Source: Xylographa opegraphella
Taxonomy: Eukaryota
Length of the DNA: 64,000 bases
Reading direction: 5' to 3'
Assembly: GCA_022813865.1 (NCBI GenBank)
Contig: JALDZX010000008.1
Span: 310,001 to 374,000, forward strand
Part shown: piece by piece, positions 12,322 through 21,378 of the stretch
Layout of the letters: the number at the start of each line of letters is the position of its first letter
Position numbering within the stretch: the first letter of the stretch is position 1
Notes under the pieces: model-generated
Seen by the model: the letters and a program-made list of their open reading frames with translations, nothing else
Database searches by the model: none
Told to the model about the DNA's origin: nothing
Made by a program: the position numbers and the translations under genes

Positions 12322-14700
12322 ATGCCTCCCCTCGAAACGTTGAAGTCTATTCCTGTTCGACCCTCGTCTCCCGGCCCACTTGCAAGTGACTACGCCAGGC
12401 AATTGATAGCAAAGCAACAGAAAAACAACTACCACTCCTCTTCACTCAAAACCATGAGCGTCAATCAGACCAACCTTCACCCCAGTGGTGTCGAGTGAGT
12501 AGTCTCTCCTGCCCCTACTGTCCGAGTGCACTTCGTCGTAAAGTGGCTGATGAGAGATCTCTCTTAGGCCGCAGAGGGAGCATACCGAACTGGAAGAGGA
12601 ACTACATGAGACCGCTCACATTGACTACGACCGCGTTGCCATTGTAAGTGCTACCCCTGTAGCCCAAGTCATTCGTTCCCGCGGGTCGACTGCAGCTCAC
12701 TCGCAACCAGATTGGCAATCCTTCTGTCGCGGCCCTGTACGAAGATGCCCTTGTCTACGAGACAGGCTCGGCCATCACCTCGACTGGTGCACTATCCGCA
12801 TACTCTGGCGCGAAGACCGGGCGCTCGCCGCTGGACAAACGCATTGTGAAGGAGCCGGGCTCTGAAAAGGAGATCTGGTGGGGACCTGTCAACAAAGCCA
12901 TGACACCTGAGGTCAGTACTCATCTGCTTGATCTCTCACAACCCATTGCCGGGCAGGTGCGACGAATCGAGTGCAGCTCGAAGATGCGTCAACGTCATTT
13001 ACGGTGCTTCGGTTTGGAAAAGCGGGTATTTTCTTCGCTTCGGCACCCCGCACTTACAGGGGCTGCTTTTGCTTATCTTATCTGCCAGAGCCCTACCCTA
13101 GCCCTGCCGATATAGTGCTCACGTGCTTTGATATACGGGCTGACAATTCTTGTGGCAGGTGTGGAAGATCAACCGAGAACGAGCAATCGATTATTTAAAT
13201 ACCAGAAATCGTATTTATGTAGTCGATGGCTTTGCCGGATGGGATGAGCAATACCGCATCAGTGTTCGGATTGTCTGCGCCAGAGCCTATCATGCGCTGT
13301 TCATGCGGAACATGCTCATCCGTCCCTCCAAAGAGGAGCTTGCCAAATTCCATCCCGACTACACGATTTACAACGCCGGATCGTTCCCGGCAAACAGGTT
13401 CACAACCGGGATGACCTCAGCCACCTCGGTTGCAATCAACTTCGCCGAGAAGGAAATGGTCATTCTCGGGACTGAATATGCTGGCGAAATGAAGAAAGGC
13501 GTCTTTACTGTACTCTTCTATGAGATGCCTGTGAAACACAATGTCCTCACGCTCCATTCTTCTGCCAACGAAGGTAAGGATGGTGATGTCACAGTCTTTT
13601 TCGGATTATCCGGAACTGGTAAAACCACCTTGTCGGCAGACCAAAAACGTGCTCTCATTGGCGATGATGAACACTGCTGGAGCGACCGTGGTGTCTTCAA
13701 TATTGAAGGAGGAGTAATAAAATTCCCCTAGTCCAGATCTGGCTGTCAGCTAATAACAAGCAATAGTGCTACGCGAAATGTATTGGCCTATCTGCCGAAA
13801 AGGAGCCCGACATCTTTAACGCTATCAAATTTGGTTCCGTCCTCGAGAACGTTGTTTTCAGCCCCGAGACACGTATCGTCGACTATGAAGACTCTACTTT
13901 GACCGAGAACACTCGTTGGTAGGTTGACACGTTATCCTTCTAAAGCACATATTGAACGAACACAGTGCATACCCGATCGAGTTCATCAGCAATGCCAAAA
14001 TCCCTTGCCTATCAATGAACCATCCGACAAACATCATCCTCCTGACTTGCGATGCTCGAGGAGTTCTCCCGCCGATCTCTAAACTCAACAGCGAGCAGAC
14101 CATGTTCCATTTTATCTCGGGCTATACATCAAAAATGGCTGGAACAGAGGACGGTGTTACCGAGCCTCAAGCGACTTTCTCATCCTGCTTCGCGCAGCCA
14201 TTCCTGGCTTTGCACCCAATGAGATATGCCAAAATGCTTGCCGATAAAATATCGCACCATAAAGCAAATGCTTGGTTGCTGAATACCGGTTGGGTCGGCG
14301 CAGGTGCAACCACCGGTGGCAAGCGGTGCCCGTAAGTAATGCATGGAGATATCACGAAAGGTATTCTAACAATCCAACAGACTCAAATACACTCGTGCCA
14401 TTCTCGATGCTATCCATTCGGGAGAGCTCGCCAAAGCTGAATATGAAACTTACGAAACCTTCAACCTCAGCGTTCCCACGTCATGCACAGGTGTCCCCAA
14501 TGACCTCCTCAACCCTGCAAAGTCGTGGACTGGGAAGGCAAACTTCAAGGAGGAAGTAACCAAGTTGGGCACTTTGTTTGTAGAGAACTTCAAGAAATAT
14601 GAGGATGAGGCTACGGAAGGTGTGATCAAGGCTGGTCAGTGTGCTCCATCAATCGCGAGGACAAACCCGCTAACACCCTCTGACAGGCCCCACCGTCTAA
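12322..14700 (+). CDS. acuF: Phosphoenolpyruvate carboxykinase (ATP), multi-exon
   Basis: [52 protein letters not shown] and TENTRCAYP motifs. The last mini-exon ends with TAA at 14700. A second ATG lies at 12454. Confidence 0.97.
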
Positions 14701-15155
14701 AGGTAACGGAAGGTGTGCCTCACAGATTACAACCGTGACGGAAAGTTTCCAGATTCGGGGATGGGTGTGAAGGTCCAAATTGCAATTGACAACGTGGCCA
14801 GCGGGGCTTGCTTGCATTTCTTGTACTGTAGCATACTTGTAGTGTATCTAGTATATGTGTTAGTGTGCAATGATTTGATCACTGCTTCAATGCACACCAT
14901 GAACAATAGAAGGCTCGCATTGTTGCAGGCGGCATGCGGCTTTGCTCCCGACTGACGCTCGTGCACTCAGCCAGTCCGTCGGGATAAAGTTGGCGCTACC
15001 TGGTCTTAGCGGTGGATCCGGAGTCAACTTGTGCTTGACATGTGAGATGGCTTCTCGAGGAAGATCGGTTCAATTTGATTGAACTCCCTCCGGGAGGGAT
15101 AGTTTTCACCATGATATCGCTCCTTCCCAACGGATGACCCGTGTTTGCACTCAAC

Positions 15156-18100
15156 ATGGAGGGTACGTCCTGCTACGAATACCTAAGATATTTTGCTAAT
15201 CCTCAACTGTTAGCCGACTGGAACGAGGTCCGTATAGTTACATACATTCATACAAGCTCTCAGATATGCCATCTTTTATTCTTCCATATTCTACTTTCGA
15301 TCTTTGTCTTCGCGATCCTAATTCTGATCAACAAGTACAGCTACACCGTATTACAGTCCCTCCCCCAGATATTACTTCTGAGCCGACACCTGCAACCACC
15401 GTTGCCTTTGATACCCAGCAGGAGCTTCTGTGGGTTGGTAACGAGTACGTGAGTGTTTGACGACAAATGAGTAAGAAATACACAATCTAATGAACCTGCT
15501 CAGGGTCGCATAACTTCCTTCTACGGCTCAGAGCTTCGACGATACACGTCATTTTGGGCACATCCACCGCAACCTCGTGGCGATGGAGAAGTCAAGCAGG
15601 TGCTGTTCCATGACCGAGGGGTGGTGTCGGTGGCCCCGACAAGTATTCACTTGTCCTCGAGAAGGGGTCTGCCGCAATGGCACATAGCGTATGCACTTCC
15701 AGTTATTATAAAAACATAAATAAGCATTGAGCGACTCACGAACCAATCAGGACTAAGGCTATGAGAAACTTAAGCTGTATGAGCTATATGGGGAAGGGCA
15801 ACTCGTTCATTGTCGTTGCGGGCTGTCAAAATGTTATGCTAAAAATCGAACTTGAGAGAGGCCGAATCGTGGAAGAAGTACGTATCGCCTTTGATACCGT
15901 TGTCATAAACTCATTGCTTCTAGATTCCTACTGAACATGAATACACGATGATGAAGTACAGCCGTTACATTTGTGCAGCCACCGTTACCGGATCCGTCAA
16001 TATTCTGGATACCGATACATTAAGAATCATCAAGACACTCGAAACCCCGAATTCTCGAATTTGTGATATGGACGCCCGTAACAATTATCTAGTGACTTGT
16101 GGCTGGGTCACTCGACAGCAAGGAACTCCAATGTTGGCGAGTTTGGCGAACGTCTATGACTTGAGGACAATGAAGCAGTTAACACCTATTCCCTTCGCCG
16201 CTGGCGCAGCTCATGTTCAGATGCATCCAAGAATGTCCACGACTTGTATCCTTGCTTCCCACCATGGACAGCTGCAGGTGGTCGATCTGATGAACTCAAA
16301 TACTGTCAATTTGCGTCAGGCAAATATCTCCAATGGCTTCATGTCGGGATTGGTACTGGCGCCATCTGGAGAAGCTTTCGCGCTCTCCGACACTTCAGGA
16401 TTCATACACTTGTGGGGTTCTCCTTTGAAAGTGGCTTTCGCCGAGATCAGCAATCCCATTGAATTTGCAGATCCTCAAGAGAGCTATCCTGTGATTGCTG
16501 TAGATGATGATGTGTATGTTATCTAAGTGCTTATACTATAATCTTGGTTGCTAACTCGACGTCGCAGACCCTTAAGCACGATTGGCATACCTTATTATCG
16601 GGAGCAGCTTCTTTCTGCATCGACAAGTACTCAACTCTATGAAGTGGGTAACCCTCCGGCGAAAATTGATCCTCTGATATTAAGCGATCTCCGACCAAGC
16701 GACATAGGGTCTTGTGCACGAAATCCTAAGAAGATTCGTCGAAACCAGGCTATCAAGACTAGGATTGTGGAGGTGGAAGACCCATCCTTGGCCGCACCGA
16801 AGTTTTTGAGTGAGAAAGCCAGAGAGTCCGAGAACAACCTGTCTTCCGAGAGAAGTATCAGTGAAATTCAAGAAGCAATGGTTAATGCTGCTCTCAACAG
16901 TAGCACCAAGGCCGATGTTCCAATTATGTATAGAAATGTCGAGATCAAATACAGCAAATTTGGGGTAGATGATTTCGACTTCGAGTATGTATGTCCTTAA
17001 TCAAGATCATCGACCTAACCCAACCCACTAGGTATTATAACAAGACTCAATTCTCCGGTCTGGAGACTCATATCGCAAACTCCTACACCAATTCCCTACT
17101 TCAACTGCTAAAATTTACTCCTCTTGTCCGGAATGTTGCTCTGCACCATACGGCAACCACTTGCCTCTATGAAACGTGCCTACTCTGTGAAATGGGATTT
17201 CTTTTTGATATGATGGAGAAGGCTGAGGGGCAAAGCTGTCAAGCAACGAATTTCCTCAAGACTTTTAGCAGCATTCCAGAAGGTGTGTCAACTAAAGGTC
17301 GCTTTGGAATCGCTGCTGAACTTACCTAACAGCTTCCAATATGGGTCTCCTCGAAGAAAATTCTCACCATACGCCGCTCACAACAATGTTGCAGGCTGCT
17401 TGTCGGTTTTTGCTCGAACACTCGGCTTTGGACTATCGGAAAGTCTCTCCGAATACGTCAGAGTTCAATCAAGTATAGATGTTTGCCACCATTTTTTCTC
17501 GGTTCTTATATGCTGAATGCAGTATAGACGCTAGCGATTGAAGCACCTCTAAGCATGCGTTGCGTCCACTGTCATAACGAAACAATCAGAGATGGTAGGA
17601 CATATATCAACGATCTTGTTTATACGCCGACCGTAAGTTACTAAAGTCTACGTACCTCTCGCACAATTGATGGAAGTCAGAATGCAGTAACCCGGTCAAG
17701 GAATCAAATACCTACTTTTTCCCACGTCTTGAAAACCAGCATCGAGCGAGCATCCCAGACACGCGGTTGGTGTGATAAATGTCGCCGATATCAGTTTTTA
17801 ACTTCTCAAAAATCAGTACGCGGTATACCCGATGTGTTGATGATCAATGCTGCTGTAAGTACTGCGGAGAGTAAACAATGCTGGGCAAAGCCAGGCTGGC
17901 TGCCCAGTGAGATCGGGGTCATAACTGAAAACGGAAAATGTTTCTGCTTCGAAGGCGAGGACCTCCGTCTACACATTGAGAGGGGTTTGCACAACATCAA
18001 AGTATATGAGCTGGTGGGTATTGTTGCAGACATCAACAGTGGCGAGCATCAGAAATCCCACCTTGTGTCCTTGATCAATAGTGGGTTCGATTACTCTTCT

Positions 18101-19288
18101 AGGGAGGACGGTCACTAACGGTAATCAGCATCAATCTCCGATCGCAGTTCCGGACTAAGAGACAATTGGCACTTGTTCAATGATTTCTTGGTGAGGAAGG
18201 TATCGAAAACCGATGCTCTACATTTCGCACCGTCATGGAAGATGCCTGCTGTTCTTACATTCCAAGTCGTCAACGGGAGACACGCTGTTGATGATTCGTG
18301 GAAGAATGCTCTTGATCCTACCCTTTTGTATATAGAATACTCCATCAAGTTCGTCGCCTTCTGTCTTTATCATTATGAGCACTAATGTATTGTCAGCAAT
18401 CGACCTCCTCAGGATTGCCAACTTCTGAATCCCGCCACTGAAGCTCCGGTCGCGGGCTCATGCGTAGCGATCGACACAGAGTTTGTCGCCTTACAGCAAG
18501 AAGAAATCGAGATCAAAGCAGATGGTGACCGCGAAATCGTCCGTCCGACCCGACTCGGCCTCGCTCGTGTCTCCGTTCTCCGCGGAAGCGGCATCAACGA
18601 AGGTCTCCCTTTCATCAACGACTATATCACGATCAGTGAGCCGATCGTTGACTACCTCACTAAGTGGTCTGGCGTCCACGAAGGCGATCTCAATAGTCTC
18701 CACTCTTCACACAACCTGGTCCCATTGAAGGTTGCCTACAAGAAGCTTTGGCTCCTCCTTAACCTCGGCTGCATATTCATCGGGCACGGACTCCCCAAGG
18801 ATTTCCGAACCATCAACATCCATGTTCCCAAAGCACAGGTTCTTGACACCGTTGACCTCTTCTACATCCGTGCGCGCCAACGCAAATTAAGCCTGCGCTT
18901 CCTAGCGTGGTATCTCTTGAAAGAAGACATCCAGCAAGAAACACACGACAGCATCGAAGACGCACGAACGGCCCTGCGCCTCTGGCGCAAGTTCGAAGAG
19001 TTCCGCGATGCGGGCGTTGTGGATGCGATGATCGAGGAAGTCTACCGTGAAGGGAAGAAGTGGGGCTACAAGCCACCCGGGGAAGCGATCGGGACGGCCA
19101 TGATGGGTAGGAGAGAGAAGGGCCGTAGCACGGAGGCGAGTCTGGGCGTACCGGGCTTTGACGGTGGGAGGGAGACGCCGGAGATTTTGAGGGGCGGAAG
19201 CGGGCCCGGAACACCGGTCGCGAAGCCAAGGGTCGTGGAGCGGAGGGCGGGGACCGCGACGAGCGAGTGGGAGAGTCCGGCGAAGTGA
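15156..19288 (+). CDS. PAN2: PAN2 poly(A) nuclease catalytic subunit (WD40, UCH-like, DEDD exonuclease), multi-exon
   Basis: MEADWNE start; [49 protein letters not shown]. Confidence 0.96.
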
Positions 19289-19941
19289 GTAGAATATTCG
19301 GAGTATGTTGAAACAGTGACAGGTTTTATATATCCAAGAAAAGTAAGCTTTGATGCGATGTTTAACCCTGTGGTGCGGGTGATAAGTTACACGGCGATCG
19401 AAGGGCACCTAGGAACACATGGGAAGAGGGGTACCTTAGCAGTGGTATGGGTAAATATTACATACATGGTGAGGGTTCGAGGTAAGGTGAGGGCTATGTG
19501 AAGGGGTAGGGTCAGGCCTGTGGTCAGACGAAGGGTCAAGCCTAGGGCTAGGGTCAATTACTGCAAAACAGAGTCTCTGAAGGTAGGTAGGTAATCACCC
19601 ATCACGCACGCAGAGCCTCGCAAGGACTATGAAGCCCGGACGAAGCATGGTAAGCTAACAAGCGACTCCAACCACACGTTCGGTGCGCGGCCAAACGCAT
19701 TCTCCGGACCCGACCTTACCGGGGAACAGAAAGAAAGACACTATTCATCGCACATAGGTTCAGGCAACCCGGCGGGCCGTGCGGAACAAACCACCAAATC
19801 TCTCCACCAGAACTCCTCAAACCCTGCAACTCGAAAAAGCCGAGTGGGCATTGATCTGCGGCCTTGAACGCAGCGCCTGAGACACACAAAGGGGTCCGGA
19901 CAAGCAAGGGGGGCGAGCCACATCCGCAACGGGCAAAAGAG

Positions 19942-20005
19942 AAAAAGCCAAGTCTCAAGACGACGGCTACTTGAGAGACATGTTTGGTTTGCGGCTAACT
20001 TGGCT
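19942..20005 (-). ncRNA. Putative Pol III small structured RNA, copy 1
   Basis: AGCCAAGT/ACTTGGCT terminal stem, CTCAAG/CTTGAG hairpin, T5 run, upstream AT element at 20021-20035, downstream GTTCAAGGC at 19869-19861. Confidence 0.6.
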
Positions 20006-20140
20006 AAGGGATGGGGTTGGTATTATGGTATTTATCATGCAACGAAATGATGTCTATGAGTAGAGGGGAATAAAAAGGAAGGGAAATCAAAAAGAAAAAC
20101 CGGGTTCAATTGAACTCAGGATCCATAGACGGGAACGGCC

Positions 20141-20205
20141 AAAAAAAGCCAAGTCTCAAGACGACGAGTACTTGAGAATCATGTTGGTTTGCAGCTAATT
20201 TGGCT
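20141..20205 (-). ncRNA. Putative Pol III small structured RNA, copy 2
   Basis: Same core with one stem substitution, T7 run, AT element at 20221, GAGTTCAATT at about 20117-20108. Confidence 0.6.
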
Positions 20206-20319
20206 GATGGATGGGGACCGTATTATGATATTTAGCTGGAATGGTGTCCATGGGTGAAACCAAAAAAGAAGGGAAACGAAAAAGAAAATTGAACTCAGGG
20301 TCCATCGACGAGAACGGCC

Positions 20320-20383
20320 AAAAAAGCTAAGTCTCAAGACGACGAGTACTTGAGAGACATGTTGGTTTGCGGCTAACTTGGCT
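20320..20383 (-). ncRNA. Putative Pol III small structured RNA, copy 3
   Basis: Same core with one stem substitution, T6 run, AT element at 20399, GAGTTCAATT at about 20296-20287. Confidence 0.6.
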
Positions 20384-20530
20384 GATGGATGGGGGTCATA
20401 TTATAATACTTATTATCTTGATGGCGTGCAACGCGTAAGGAGGACAGTCAGCAGAAGCCAAAAAGATAGACGGGAATTGAACTTGAGACCCTTCTTGCAT
20501 GTTCTGCAAACAACAGGAAGCGAAACGAAC

Positions 20531-20593
20531 AAAAAGCCAAGTCTCAAGGCTAATTGCTCTTGAGAGACACAGTGGTTTGCAGCTAACTTGGCT
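20531..20593 (-). ncRNA. Putative Pol III small structured RNA, copy 4
   Basis: Same core with loop variant AGCAATTAGC, T5 run, AT element at 20609, GTTCAATTCC at about 20482-20473. Confidence 0.62.
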
Positions 20594-20743
20594 GAGGGAT
20601 GAGTGTCTTATTATGGTATTATTATCTAACATGGTGAGCACTGTGCAAAGATAATCGGCAAAACCGAAAAAGATAAGCAGTGAATTGAACTCAGGACCTC
20701 CTTGCATATTCTACGAACAAGGGAAAGAGTGAACCGAATCGGC

Positions 20744-20807
20744 AAAAAAGCCAAGTCTCAAGGCTACGTGCTCTTGAGAGGCATAGTGGTTTGCAGCTAA
20801 CTTGGCT
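20744..20807 (-). ncRNA. Putative Pol III small structured RNA, copy 5
   Basis: Same core with loop variant AGCACGTAGC, T6 run, AT element at 20823, GAGTTCAATTC at about 20692-20682. Confidence 0.62.
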
Positions 20808-20954
20808 GATGGATCGACATGCTATTATGATATTTATTATGTAAACTACTTAGGTGTGGGTGATCAGCAAGACGCAAAAGTAATAAGAACTTTAAAGTTA
20901 GGAATTGAACTCGGGACCTGCTTGCAAAGAAGTGATAGGCTGAACCAGAACGGC

Positions 20955-21018
20955 AAAAAAGCCAAGTCTCAAGACGACGGGTACTTGAGAGGCATAGTGG
21001 TTTGCAGCTAACTTGGCT
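20955..21018 (-). ncRNA. Putative Pol III small structured RNA, copy 6
   Basis: Same core, T6 run, degenerate AT element at 21034, GAGTTCAATTCC at about 20912-20901. Confidence 0.62.
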
Positions 21019-21378
21019 GGAAGCAGGCCATCGTATCATAGTACATAAACCCATTCTAAAGCGCTTTTCGCTGGCATGGGGAGCCGTAGCCGGATGCGGA
21101 TGAGTAGGGAATGGATGCCACGTGTGGCAATGCATAACAATGAGGAACAGGTCTAACCACGAGCGGCGAGCCCCAAAGAGATTCTTAAAAATGTAGGTGT
21201 ATTTCTATCATAGCCCCTTGAAAATCGTTTATCATTACCTCTCATAAATCAACTATCACCGCTGGGATCATAAGAAAATATGCTGGTTGAGGCGGGATAT
21301 AAACCAGGCTAATCCTCCAAAACCTATATTCTTGCATGTATGCCTCTCAATGACTTGACTCCATTATACGGTCAATAC

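Larger units (their letters stand above)
19861..21050 (-). repeat. Tandem array of six 178-214 bp units, each with a conserved 59-60 bp structured core
   Basis: Core on + is AGCCAAGTCTCAAG-N10-CTTGAGA...TGGTTTGCRGCTAACTTGGCT, starting at 19946, 20147, 20325, 20535, 20749 and 20960. The spacers are much more diverged. Confidence 0.97.

Noticed and set aside
19946..21018. MITE insertions (8-bp terminal inverted repeats)
   Set aside because: No target-site duplications, and the flanking motifs are shared between copies, which indicates tandem duplication of whole units.
19946..21018. Canonical tRNA, 5S rRNA or hammerhead ribozyme
   Set aside because: No anticodon arm or TTCRA loop, no 5S similarity, and no CUGANGA/GAAA core in the right arrangement.
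19861..21050. CRISPR array
   Set aside because: Eukaryotic context with no cas genes. The cores are about 60 bp and the spacers are 120-155 bp and homologous to each other.
20378..21135. Short ORFs over the array
   Set aside because: Frames and stops are not preserved between units; they are by-products of the repeat.
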